NCBI GenBank assembly: GCA_001275005.1
Contig: JWZX01003160.1
Location: forward strand, 1 to 35,086
Length of the DNA stretch: 35,086 nt
DNA from: Chrysochromulina tobinii
Taxonomy: Eukaryota
Direction of reading: 5' to 3'
Positions 1 to 11,300 of the stretch are shown piece after piece. Position 1 is the first letter of the stretch. Each line of letters opens with the position of its first letter. The notes below the pieces were generated by a model, which saw only the letters and a list, made by a program, of their open reading frames with translations, was not told the origin of the DNA and did no database searches. A program made the position numbers and the translations under genes.

Positions 1-107
1 CTGTCAAGGTCTGTCGAGGTCTGTCGAGTAGCTGTCGAGCTATCCTGTCGAGTAGCTGTCGAGTATCCTGTCAAGGAGCTGTCGAGTTTCCTGTCGAGTT
101 GTCGAGG
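1..107. repeat. Degenerate tandem array of a CTGTCGAG/CTGTCAAG core, probably truncated by the window start
   Basis: About ten copies of (c)tgtc(g/a)ag separated by 1-6 nt variable linkers, e.g. ctgtcgaggt ctgtcgagta gctgtcgagc tatcctgtcg ag. Confidence 0.85.
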
Positions 108-841
108 CCCAAGGGCTCAATTTAGACCATGGCGGCGTTTACCCATTACCGTTTTGGCATTTGGGCGGCGGGCGGGCCGGCCCGGCGCGTGGGGGACATG
201 GCGGGGGCGGGGCGACCAGAGGAGGCAAATCCGGGACATTACACCGATTGGACATTGAGCCCGGCGACCGGACCCGCGGACAGCCGTCCCCGAGACGGCG
301 GACGGAGACGGGTGTCGCTGTCGGGGACGCTCGCTCCCGCGCCGGCCGGCCCGCCGGGCGGCCCCGGCATCGCGGCATGGGCGGACCCCGCGGCCGAAAG
401 ACGAAACGTCAAACGAACTGACGCTTATTACAAATATTACTGACGAAGCTTACGGAATCGGAAACGTACTTTGAACTTTCAACTTATATGTACGTTCGGC
501 GAGTGAAGTTTTGCCGGTCTCTGTCGGAGGCTGCTAGAATGACCCCATCCAATCTCTCTAGAGCTCATCACCCATCTCGCGGGGCGGCTTTCTTGGCGCT
601 CATGATGGCGCCCGCTCAGCGGAAGAGGTGCTGAGCCACTGATGTCGCGGCAAAAGCTAGGCCGAGCGCAGCCTCTTGGCGCTGGCGCTTAGCCCACTCG
701 TCTTCTGTCGCACGTTTGATCTCATTGTGAGCCAATTGTGAGCGATCGCTCACAATTTTTCCGAGTGTGTTTGTTCGCACCGCTATTCATACAAGTCAGT
801 GACAAAGTGACGCCAGTGTGGGGTGACGCGCCGACCACGCG

Positions 842-2383
842 ATGAAGCCTTTCGTTTCGGCAGGTATCCTGCCGCAAGACCCTCAAGACCTCAACACATT
901 TGTGCCACCAAGGCCACCGACCGTTCCTGCCCACTATGTATACGATCCGAAGCAGGGTATCTGGCTACCTCCTTCGGCCATCAGCTGCCATCCTGGTGGT
1001 GCGACCGCAGGCCATGTCATCGAGGTGCACAAGTTTACGGGCCCAAAGATGCCGGGTGTCGACGACCCAAACGAGCCGATTTGCTTTGGGTATATCAACA
1101 TGGGTGTGTGCCCCCGGCTCTCTCGTGGCGATCGGTGCAGGCATCGCCACTTGCCACCAGACCACCCTGCGGTCATTGAGGACCGCGTCAGGTGCGGAAA
1201 GTTGCCATCCACAGCGCTCGAGGCGGTTCGGACAGGTAATACGGTGGAGCTCGCGCGCATTCTGTGGTTCGCCGCCGATGCAAGAGTCATCTCCAGCGTC
1301 AATCTCCCGCCCCGGCCGCCGCCGGAGAAGACGTCGGTGGCGGCGTCGGGGTCCGTCATGCGCGATGGCTTCATGATGGATCCTGGCCCCGAGTTCCAGA
1401 TGTGCTTCGACTACGTGACCAAGGGCGCCTGCAAGCGGCTGGCAAACGGGATCGTGTGCCGCTCGCGCCACCTACCCAAAGACCACCCGGACGTAGTCGA
1501 GTACCTCAAGAAGCCAATCCCTGCCTCCACCTCAGGGCTGCGCTTCAAAAGCAAAGAAGAGAAGGAGAAGGCGGCGCGCGAGGAGGCAGCCAAGATGATG
1601 GCGATGCAGATGCAGGCAATGATGCCCGGACTGCCGCCTGCAGCCGCCAACGCGTATGCGACTTCGGTGGCCGCCGCGCCGGTGGGTATCAGGGACGCAG
1701 CTGCAATGCAACAGGCGGCCTTTCTAGCCACCCTGCAGGCCAAGTACGTGGCCGCCGCTGCTGCCACCGCCGCCGCCGCCGCCGGGCCATCTGCCGCGTG
1801 CTCGGTCGCGCCGCCGTACGAAGCACCTGCCTTTGGCGAGCGTGAACGCGGCCGCGCCCGGTTCGAGGATCGATACGATAGGGATAGAGACAGGGTTCGG
1901 GAAAGGGGCAGGGAGAGGTCGCGTGAGCGAGAGCGACGAGGTGGCAGGGATCGCTATGGTGACAGCGACGACGACCGCTACGACAACCGCTACGCCGACC
2001 GCTACGCCGACCGCTACGCCGATCGCTACGACGACCGTTACGACGACCGTTACGACGACCGTTACGACGACCGTTACGACGACCGTTACGACGATCGGGG
2101 TGGCGACCGCGGCGGCGACCGGGGTGGCGACCGTCGCCGCGGCGACCGCGGCGGTGAGCGCCGCAGTGGCGATCTCGGCGGCAGCAGGCGACATGGATCA
2201 ATGGACGAACGCGATCGAATCGAGCAGGACGCAGATCCTCTTGATCTACTGCTTAGCCAGCGCTCCCGTTCACACGAGCGTTCTCGAGAGCGACTAGGTC
2301 AGCGCGAGGATAGTGATCCGCCGCCCGACTTCACCGCTGAGGACGAGCCAGAGTACCGCACGTTCTTGGAGCCCAGGGATTGA
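842..2383 (+). CDS. Tandem CCCH-type zinc-finger protein with Arg/Asp-rich C-terminus (putative RNA-binding protein)
   Basis: Two repeats, CFGYINMGVCPRLSRGDRCRHRHLPPDHP and CFDYVTKGACKRLANGIVCRSRHLPKDHP (C-x8-C-x8-C-x3-H), then an Ala-rich linker and an RD/RE-rich tail. Start not confirmed. Confidence 0.75.
   Translation: MKPFVSAGILPQDPQDLNTFVPPRPPTVPAHYVYDPKQGIWLPPSAISCHPGGATAGHVIEVHKFTGPKMPGVDDPNEPICFGYINMGVCPRLSRGDRCRHRHLPPDHPAVIEDRVRCGKLPSTALEAVRTGNTVELARILWFAADARVISSVNLPPRPPPEKTSVAASGSVMRDGFMMDPGPEFQMCFDYVTKGACKRLANGIVCRSRHLPKDHPDVVEYLKKPIPASTSGLRFKSKEEKEKAAREEAAKMMAMQMQAMMPGLPPAAANAYATSVAAAPVGIRDAAAMQQAAFLATLQAKYVAAAAATAAAAAGPSAACSVAPPYEAPAFGERERGRARFEDRYDRDRDRVRERGRERSRERERRGGRDRYGDSDDDRYDNRYADRYADRYADRYDDRYDDRYDDRYDDRYDDRYDDRGGDRGGDRGGDRRRGDRGGERRSGDLGGSRRHGSMDERDRIEQDADPLDLLLSQRSRSHERSRERLGQREDSDPPPDFTAEDEPEYRTFLEPRD
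1970..2096 (+). repeat. Coding 12-bp minisatellite encoding (RYDD/RYAD)n
   Basis: About 10 units of gacgaccgttac / gccgaccgctac. Confidence 0.9.
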
Positions 2384-3236
2384 TTGATCCGGTAGACCTA
2401 ACTGGGAACAAGGCTTGGAGCTGAAGAGTGCGCTGCGGCATCTGGATGGAAGAGTCCATCTGAAGGTTCGTGGCTCGTGCGTCGTGGCGGTCGCACGACG
2501 GCGACGCGCCCGAGACGGGGGAAGGCTCTCCTCTCGCGCCAACTCGCGGTCGCGCCACCCTGTCAATGGCGGCACGGAGCGCTTTGTGGCCCGGCCGCGT
2601 TATCCGCGTTTGAGAACGTTTGAGCATTTGAGGTCTCTCACTTGTCACTACATAGTAGTTTAGTCCACGATCCGTTCTAATTATGCGTAACCAGATGTTT
2701 GTAACCGGGCCGGACCGGCCCGGTATACCGCTCCAGCCCCACCACGATACACGACCACGAGTTATATTTATCTGCTCTCGTCTACGCTCCAACGTTGAAC
2801 AGCACGCAGCGCCGAGGAGTCATCACGTCACCGTTTACCGGCGCGACCCCCGGCCGAGCCGCGGGGCCCCGTGCCCACATCATTCTTCCGATACCTGTGC
2901 GATCTCTACCGTACGTTCTCCATCCTCCCAGTCTGCCATCGATGGCCCCACACGTTCTCCATGCAGTCTCCGACGCCCCTCTGTGCTGCCCGCTGCCCAT
3001 GCGCCCCGAAGCTGGCAGGGCCTCGTACCGACCTCGTACCGGTACCGGCCTCCCTAGCCCGCCCCCACGTGCCTTGCACACCGCACATGCACAGGACATC
3101 ACACGACATGATGCCACGCTCCGGCTACGGGCCAGCTGCGTCCAGCACACACAGCCCCTGCACCCGGCGCGCCTCGCGAGCGTGCACGCTCTCTTCCGTT
3201 GCTCAGCCAAGATTGAGCTGCCTCCGTGCGTCTCGC

Positions 3237-6156
3237 TCAGGCGGTCTCCTCCGTCGAGGGTGGCGGCCAGCCGTATGGATCAGTGGTGAGCCAGGGGTGC
3301 TGGAGCGCCTGCTCGGCCGTCGGGCGCTCCTCGGGGTCAATCCTGAGAAGCGAGCCCACAAACGAGAGGAAGAGCTTATCGTCCGTGTGGCAGCGGTGCT
3401 TGAGGGAGGTCTGCTTGGGGCGCAGCAGGAAGGGCTGCTCGTCGCGGTCGCGCTCGTACACCATGCCGTCCACAAAGTACTTGTGCGAGTGCCGCCCCTT
3501 GGCAAGGAAAGCCTCGGGGAAGGGGCCGACGATGGCCGAGATACGGGCGAGCATCGATGCGACGGAATCGTTCTGGAAGAGCACGTAGCCGGTGAGCAGC
3601 TCAGCTAGGATCGCGCCGAGCGACCAGATGTCGATCTTGCCGTCGTACTGCAGTCCGAGGATCACCTCGGGCGCGCGGTAGCTGCGGCTCTGTACATAGC
3701 TGGACAGGTGGTCAGTCAGGTAGCACGACGAGCCGAAGTCGATCACCTTGACCTCGCATCGCGAATAGCTCTTGATGAGAATGTTCTCCGGCTTGAGGTC
3801 GCAGTGGATGAGGTTGAGCTTGTGCACAAAGTCGAGCGCCTCCAGGCACTGCTTGGCGATCCGTCGCAGCCGAGGCAGCGTGAAGTAGGGCTCGCCGCCC
3901 TGCTCGCGGTTGTATTTCGAGAACTCGTAGAGGTTGTCGCGCAGCAGCTCGCACACGATGAAGAGATGCTCCTTGTGGTAAAAGAAGTCGTAGATGTGAA
4001 CTACATGGTGAGAGTCGTCCGGGTCGTGTTGCTTGAGGTAGTCGAGCAGCATCACCTCATCGAGCGACTGGTCGAAGAAGTCCTTGTTGTTCTTGATGAT
4101 CTTGACGCACACCATCTCCCCCGTGTGGAGATCGAGGCACTGCACCGCCTTCGAGAAGGCGGCGGAGCCGAGGAATTCCTTGACCTGGTAGCGCGCCGCA
4201 ATGAGCGAGTGCAGGCGGATCTGGAAGTCCTTGTGCTCTTCGAATCCGGTGCGCCCACGCTCATGCACCACCTTGAGCGACATGGTCGCCAGCTTCGCTG
4301 CCTCGCGCGTGGCCTTCTCGTATGGGTCGACCTCCGGGTCCGACTCGCCGATGACCTCCTCCTCTTCGCCGCCCTCCTCCTCATCGGCGCCCTCCTCCTC
4401 CTCGCCCTCGGCGGGCGGCCCAAGGATGTCGGACGCAAGCACGCCGCGCCCGCCCACGTGCCTCGCGTCCTCAAGGGCGTCCTCGTCCTCGTCCTCATAA
4501 AACTCAGCTTCCTCATCCTCCTCTCCCTCATTCTCCTCGCCATCCTCCTCATCGTCGTCGATGTCGTCGAGGTCGTCCTCGTCCGGCGCCTGCTCCTGCG
4601 CCATCTTCCGGTGCTTGGGCGGTGCCGAGGCTGCCTCCTGCGACAAGATCGACGGCGAGTCGAGGCTGGACAGCGCACCGAGCGCGAGCGGCTTCTCGGC
4701 CTTCGACCCGCCCGCGGAGACCGTGCGAATCGCACTCTCGAGGGATGCTTCCACAGCGCTCTCCATTGCCTTCACCTGCTCGGCGAGGGCCGCGAGGCGA
4801 GCCTTAGCGTCGAGCACACCCTTCTCTTTGGCCTCCTCCGCGCTCGTGGCATCCGCCCCCCCGTTGCCTGGCGCTGTGGTGAGCACATCCGCGGTCGGCG
4901 CTGTGGTGGGCACGCCCTCAGCCGTGGGCTTGGCGGCGCCCTGGACGAGGGCGGTGATGTGGGCGAGCACGGCGGCGGGGTCGGGCAGCGTCGAGGGAGA
5001 TGGGCCGTGCTTGGACGCTGGCGTCATCCCCGACATCGCCCCGCCCTCTACCACCAGCTTGAAGGGCGTCGTGCTGGGCGACGACGTGGCCACACTCACG
5101 CTCGGTGCACCACTCGTCGTCGGCGGCGGGGTGGCGGCCTCGCCAGGGGCCGATGAGGCGGACACAGCCGATGCACTTGGCGTCGTGCTGGGCGCCATGC
5201 TGGGCGTCGTGCTGGGGCTCGGCCGCGGCGCGGAGGCTCACCATCACTTCGGCAGCGTCGCCATGGGGCCTTGTCGCTTGACCCGCCGTGACCACGGCCT
5301 CCATCTGCATCACCTGCTCATGCAGCGCACGCAGCCGCGCCTTGGTGGCTTCCGCATCGGACGGGGTGGACGGGGTGGCCGCGGGGGTGGCCGCCGCCGG
5401 CTCCGCGGCCTTGGACGGCGCGCATCCCGTCTTCACGCCCGCACCATTGCTTGAGCACAGCACGCGAGGGTCGGGCGCAGTCGCAGCAGCGCCGCTCGCG
5501 CTGGCCAAGGCGGTGGCGGCGCCTGCCTGCTCCACCTCGTCGTCATCGTCGCCGTCGACGTCATCGCCCGCCTCGTCGTCGGCCATCTCGCCACGGTCGG
5601 CTGCCGTCGGATACTCATACATCTCAAAGATTGGGTCGCGGGGGTTGCGGCCAGCGCTCAGCTCCTCGGCGGCAAAGGAATCCCTCGAAGTAATCGAAGC
5701 GGCGAAGCCGCGCATGAGCGCCTCCTCGCTGCATTCGATCTGCAAGTAGCCGAGCGCCTCATCATCGGTCCACGCGTCTACATCGCCGTCCGCGTCCGGG
5801 TCGTGCCAGCGTATCGTCACCGGCGCCGCGGCCGGTGCTGGGGCAGAGGGCTTTGCGGCGGCGGCGGCGTGCGTGTCCGGGCTCTGCGGCATGTCCTCGT
5901 CCGCGACGATCGCCTTCAGGACGGGCGGACGCATCTCCTGAAGGATGCTTCCGGTCGACTTCGCAGGGCCCGCCGTGGCGCCGCGAATGAGCATTGCCTC
6001 GAGCTGCGAGAAGCCTTGCTCCGTCACGGGCAGAGGTGTCCGCTCGAGCTCGAGCTGCTCCCGCAGAGCGGCCTCTGCGTTGACAAAGCCCTTTGCAGCG
6101 AGGAATTCGAGCACCAGCTCTATGGGCTCGACGCTCTCGGTCATCTTTTGCGCCAT
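3237..6156 (-). CDS. DYRK-family kinase of the plant-like DYRKP type, in two frames joined by an intron or frameshift near 4941-5241
   Basis: Kinase motifs LGSAAFSKA, VCVKIIK, HCDLKPEN, DFG and SSYVQSRSYRAPE; DH-box-like RTGFEEHKDF; N-terminal LisH-like VLEFLAAKGFVNAEAALREQL in ORF 4918..6171. ATG at 6156. Confidence 0.85.
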
Positions 6157-6273
6157 CGCTGGCGACTCCAATCGGCGGCGCTCGCAGAGACAGTTGGTCC
6201 CTTCGCGCCGGCGCCCGCCGGCGCGGCGCGCGCCGCTGGAGCCTGCCGCTGGAGCCTAGACAAGGCACTCGGG

Positions 6274-6373
6274 TGAAAACAAAAGTACGCGGAGAGCAGG
6301 TTTCCTGTCATATCGCCGCTGCTGCTTCTCACGTCGACATGACAGCAGGAAACTGAAAACAAAAGTACGCGGA
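6274..6373. repeat. 20-bp direct repeat flanking a hairpin-forming filler
   Basis: tgaaaacaaaagtacgcgga at 6274-6293 and 6354-6373; internal gtttcctgtcat ... atgacagcaggaaac imperfect inverted repeat. Confidence 0.85.
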
Positions 6374-6580
6374 CCATGCGGACCCTACGAACCGAAAGCA
6401 TCCGCTCGGACAACGAATCTGATCGGAAGTTCGGCATCCGCTGGGGTCACACGACACGGTTGCTTCTGAGCATACAATAGAAACGCTGCATGCACAGTAA
6501 TTGCCGGTCAACGTCATGCGCATCATCATCATCAGCATATCCAGCCCTCAGGAGAGGCCGGCCGCACGCGCCGCTGCCGA

Positions 6581-8065
6581 CTACTCCTTCTTCTTCTTCT
6601 TCTTCGGTGCCTCGTCGGAGTCCGAGTCCGAGTCCGCATCCTTCTTCTTCTTCGTCGCGCTGTCCCCGCCGGCCGATGCCGCTTCCTTGGCCGCCTTCTT
6701 AGCGGCCTTGGCGGCCTTCTTGGCCGCCTTCTCCTCCTTGCTCAGCTTCTTTTCGCCCTCCTCGGCTGCGCCATTAGTCGGTGTCGTCGATGACGCGACG
6801 GGCCGGCTGCTGCTCGCACCGGGCGCGGCCGCGCCGCTGCTGCTGCCACCGGGCGTCGTGCCGGGCGTCATGCCGCCGCCGCTGAGCCACTCGGCGGGAG
6901 TGAGTGCGTTGGGCTTGCCGTGCTTGTCGAGCTTGCCCTCGGCGATGAGCGCCTTCTTCTGCGTCGCCTTCGGGCCGAGGCCCCACCGGCGCGGGTACGT
7001 GTCACGGTCCATGACGACACGTTTGATCTTGGCGACAGCGCCGTGGTCGCAGTGCGCCATGTCGGCCGTTGCCATGAGGGCGATGCCGACCGCGACGGCT
7101 TCGCCCTTGGTGGTCATGAGCACCACCTCCTCGTTCACCTCGATGCCCGCCGCGAAGCGAAGCAGGCCGGGCAGCATCAGCTTGGCACCGTAGCACACAG
7201 CGTTGACGGCCGAGTCCTTGAGGACGATCCGCTTGTAGTTGGTGAGCAGGATCTCAAGCGGTTTGATGACGTGGCGCAAGTAGGTCTCGTCCTTCGTCTG
7301 GTCGTACATGTACTGCGCGTCCATCACGTCGTGCATCGTCATCAGGTGCTCATTCTCCGACAGGATACCCGAACGTGAGCGGCGGAGCTCCTGCATGTGG
7401 CCACCGGTCCCAAGCACTAGCCCGAGGTGCACGCAGAGTGTGCGGATGTAGGTGCCCGCCTCGCAGTCGACGCGGAAGACGGTGAGGTTGCGCTCCTTGT
7501 CGAACTCGGTCAACTTGTTATCGTAGATCGTGCGCACGCGCAGCTGCCGCTTCACAGCCGAGATGAGCGGCGGACGCTGGAACAGCGCGCCCGTCAGCTG
7601 CTCGAGTGCCTGCAGCATTTTGCGCTCGCTCTCGACGGCAGCGTGCGTGCGCAGCACCGCAATGTACTGCTTGCCCGCACCCTGCTGCGACTTGACGAGC
7701 CGCGTCGCTCGGTTGATACAGACGATCAGGCAGCCAGTCACCTTCGGGTCAAGCGTGCCCGAGTGCCCTGTCTTCTCGACGCGCAGAATGCGCCGGATCC
7801 ACGCGACGACCTCGTGCGACGAGGGGTTGGCCGGCTTGTCGAGGTTGATCACGCCGTACTTGAGGTACTCCTCGAGTGGCCGCTTGAGCGGCGTAAACCC
7901 CGAGGGGATGGGCGTGTAGTGGCCCGTGCGCACGTGCAATTGGTCATAGTTCTTGAGGAGCAGCGGCCACTTGGAAGTGTCAAGCGGCGGCGTGGTCGCC
8001 TCCGGCTTGATCAGGAAGTCGTGCGCCGACTGGTCTGAGGAGGAGGACGCCTTTTTGCCAGACAT
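6581..8065 (-). CDS. DKC1: H/ACA RNP pseudouridine synthase dyskerin/Cbf5
   Basis: [31 protein letters not shown], catalytic [15 protein letters not shown] domain, [11 protein letters not shown] and a Lys-rich tail. No intron needed. Confidence 0.98.
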   Translation of the reverse strand: MSGKKASSSSDQSAHDFLIKPEATTPPLDTSKWPLLLKNYDQLHVRTGHYTPIPSGFTPLKRPLEEYLKYGVINLDKPANPSSHEVVAWIRRILRVEKTGHSGTLDPKVTGCLIVCINRATRLVKSQQGAGKQYIAVLRTHAAVESERKMLQALEQLTGALFQRPPLISAVKRQLRVRTIYDNKLTEFDKERNLTVFRVDCEAGTYIRTLCVHLGLVLGTGGHMQELRRSRSGILSENEHLMTMHDVMDAQYMYDQTKDETYLRHVIKPLEILLTNYKRIVLKDSAVNAVCYGAKLMLPGLLRFAAGIEVNEEVVLMTTKGEAVAVGIALMATADMAHCDHGAVAKIKRVVMDRDTYPRRWGLGPKATQKKALIAEGKLDKHGKPNALTPAEWLSGGGMTPGTTPGGSSSGAAAPGASSSRPVASSTTPTNGAAEEGEKKLSKEEKAAKKAAKAAKKAAKEAASAGGDSATKKKKDADSDSDSDEAPKKKKKKE

Positions 8066-8305
8066 TTTCTGCTCAGGTTAGGTCAGCAGCACTCCGATGC
8101 GTACAGTAGGCCTCGTCGCAAGAGCGATTTCTGTTTCTTCACACTTGCGTCGCGCTGTGAAACGACCCGCGAACCGGGAGCTTAGCGGCAATCCGTTACG
8201 AAGACGCCAGGTTAGCCACACCACACGATTCACACGCAGGCCCCAGCTTGGCCTCCCTTGTGACGTGCAGGGATAGCTTAGGTGCCGCGGAGTAGGCGCG
8301 GGGCG
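8066..8305. promoter_or_regulatory. Putative bidirectional promoter between DKC1 and Nup155
   Basis: 240-bp gap between two divergently oriented ATGs (8065 on minus, 8306 on plus); inferred from gene layout only. Confidence 0.55.
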
Positions 8306-11300
8306 ATGTCGCGCGGCATCCTGTCCAAGGCGGAGAAGGAGAAGCTCGCGGATTCGCGCAAGCAGGTGGCCAAAGTGCTCGAGCGCGATGCCAACCTCTC
8401 CGATCGGGACCTCTACGATCGGCTTCTCAAGCAGGCACGCATGCCGGAGCAGGACATGTACGAGGAAAAGCTCGCGGACAACGCACTCATCCACCAGCGG
8501 CCGGCTTTCAGCGAGGTGCCGGGCGGCTACACGCCGATGCCGGCCGCGCTCCAGCAGGCGGCCCAGGGTGAGTACTACCACAGCTTCCAGGGCCTCTTCC
8601 CGCAGATCCACCGCGCTTGGATGACCATTGACCACGTGCTCTACCTGTGGGACTACAACGACCCACGGGGCTCGTTCTACCTGTATGATGGGCTCGACCA
8701 GACGATCATCCACGCGTCCCTCGTCCGCCCGCGCCAGGGCGTTTTCGAACCCACGCCGGACTGGCTCTTGCTGCTCTCCACGCCGGTTGAGGTCATCCTC
8801 CTCGGGCTGTACACGACCGCCACCCACGACATCAACGTTTTCGAGACGGGCTACTCGGTGGCCACCGACGGCGCGAACCTGCTCCAGATCGTGGGGACGC
8901 CGAGCGGTCGCATCTTCATGGCCGGCGCCGACGGCTTTGTGTACGAGCTCACTTACGGCGATAGCGAGGGCTGGTTCTACACCAACAAGAAGTGCACCAA
9001 GCGCAACCGCTCACGCAAGCGAGACGTGGCGCTGCAATACCTCAGTTCAGTGGTGTACGACTCCTCGGACCCCATCCTCGATCTGGTGTACGATGCTGAG
9101 CGCTCGCTGCTGTACACGCTCTCGCGTGCGTCGACGCTGCAGCTCTTCGACCTTGGCTGGGACGGCGAGGGCCCTGTGCGGTTCGTCGCGCGTCTCGAGG
9201 CCCAGAAGCTCGCTGCCGACCTCCGATCCCAGAGCAAAGTGCGCGACGCGCCCATCTACGCGAAGGTGGATAAGGACATCAAGGAGGGCGAGCAGAACAA
9301 AGAAGGGCAGACCGCCTTCGTGGCGCTCGCGCCGCTCCCGTCGGCGCTCTCCAAGCAACTTCAGCTCGTGATCACGACCGTCTCCGGGGTAAGAGTCTAC
9401 CTGGAAGTCGTCGACGCGAATGGGAAAGGCCTGGAGAGCGCGCCCGACAGCCCGCGCGCCGCGAGAGTGAAAGTGCTCTACGCGCTGCCGCCGCCTCGGC
9501 CTCTCAAGTGCCAGCGCGGCACGGTGCCCAACGCAGCGGACGTGAATGTCTTCGCGGACGAGCTTGCGCGCTCCGGTCTCGAGCCATCCCACAGAGAATG
9601 GGAGTTGCTCTGCCTCTCGGATCTGCCGCTGCTCCCCTCCGACCGGCCAGAGGGCAGAGATGACAAGTCGACCCTCAGCCGGCTGCGCGTCCCAGGAGTT
9701 GTCTTGGCCCTCGCCGAGGACGTCCACGGCGCCGTGACGAGCGCCGCGGGCAGCTACGAGCTCGTCAGTCAGCATCGGGTCGATCCGGCGCGCGCTCGTA
9801 CCTTCATCGTTCTCACGACGAGTGTAGCGGGTGTGAAGCGCATCGTCAAGCGACGACCAGTGGATGAGCTCCAATTGCTCCTCGGGGCGTCTAGTGCCTC
9901 TTGGGTCGACCAGCCATTGGACTTTTTTCGTCGGTACGGCCCTGACGAAGCATGCGCCGTGTGCCTGCGTGCATGCAAGTGCTCACCACGACGCCCCATG
10001 CACTTCCCCACAGATACGGCCCCGACGAAGCATGCGCCATGTGCCTGCTCAGTGCCATCAGCCAGCCTGCCCTCAGCCAGCCAGCCCTCCAGGCGCAGCT
10101 CGCGGAGTGGGCTCGCCGCTGGGGGGAAGGCGCATCATCGGCGATGGCCGCGGGCCAAGGTGGCGCACCGAACGTCGCGCAGACCGCAGCGGCGCACGGG
10201 CAGGCAGTGCCGCTCGCGGAGAAGCGGTACAGCGGGAGACACGGCGGGCTATGCCGGGTGCTCGCGAGGCTGCTTCAGCCCTATTGGGATCGGCCGTTGA
10301 TCCTCAAAGTGCCGGAGCCCTCGAACGCTACCGGTGAAGATTTGCGCCTGTGCGAGCCTCGCGAAAGATGGAACGAGCTCCAGGGCAAATTGCTCTGCCT
10401 CATCAACCATATCGAGACGCACGGAGAAGCTTGGGGACGCTTGGGTGCTGCCGGGTACGCGGGTACGAATCCGCGCGCGTCCCTTGGCGGCGGTGGCGCC
10501 GTCGGGATGCACCAGCTTGGGCAGGGGCTCTTGGCCGACCCGAATGTCCCGCAAGCGCTCAGACATGCATTTCCGCCAGCGCTCAGACTTGGCGCCGTCG
10601 TTTCTCAGGACGAGGCGGATTTGAAGAAGCAGGAGGCTGCCGCGATCGACGCCCTTTTCTACTTTGCGAAGCGTGCGGCGGAGGCGGCCACCTTCCTCGC
10701 GACGATCGCGGCCGATTCGCGCGCGCCCGGCGGCGGCGGTGGTGCCACCGTGCCCGAGCCGGCGCGTCTGCAACTGCTCGACAAACTCGCGAAGCCTCTC
10801 GACGCGCCGCAGCGTGAGGCACTGCTTAAGATGACCCTCTCTGATCTGCTCGTGCCGCTCCAACGGGATGCAAACGGCCGGCCGCAGCCGGACAAGTGGG
10901 ACGCGCGCGTGGAGACCGAGCTGCCCAAGAAGCTCTTCATGGAGCTCGGTAAGGTCGAGGGTGTCCCAGTGGCGTCCCAACTGCAGCGCCACTGCCACAC
11001 CTTCTTCTCGGACGCGCACAAGGAGGAGCAGACTGGTTTGGATGACTTGAAGAAAGCGGAGGAGAAGCCTGAACAGCGGACCGAGAACGTCAAGAAGGCG
11101 CTCGACGCCTTCGGCCGGGTGGCGGCGCACATCGACCTGCCGCAGGTCCTCGACGCGCTGCTCAAGTCCCGTGCCAAGTTCGCCACAGATGGGGCCAGGG
11201 CGGCCGCGGTACTCGAGCTGCTCAACCAAGGGATCGCATCACTACCCCTCGCCGCCGCCAGGTCGGACGATCCTACGGGCGACGCCACAAGCCTGCTAGT

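Noticed and set aside
1..107. CRISPR-like array or telomere
   Set aside because: Units are 8-14 nt with no unique spacers, there are no cas genes, the context is eukaryotic, and the repeat is not TTAGGG-type.
2400..3230. Intergenic ORFs or ncRNA (also 26040-26200 and 33150-33900)
   Set aside because: GC palindromes are present, but no tRNA, snRNA or snoRNA consensus could be supported by eye; an Infernal/Rfam scan would be needed.
3708..5454. Long antisense/overlapping ORFs (also opposite DKC1, Nup155, Rad54 and others)
   Set aside because: Expected shadow ORFs in high-GC coding DNA; no recognisable domains.
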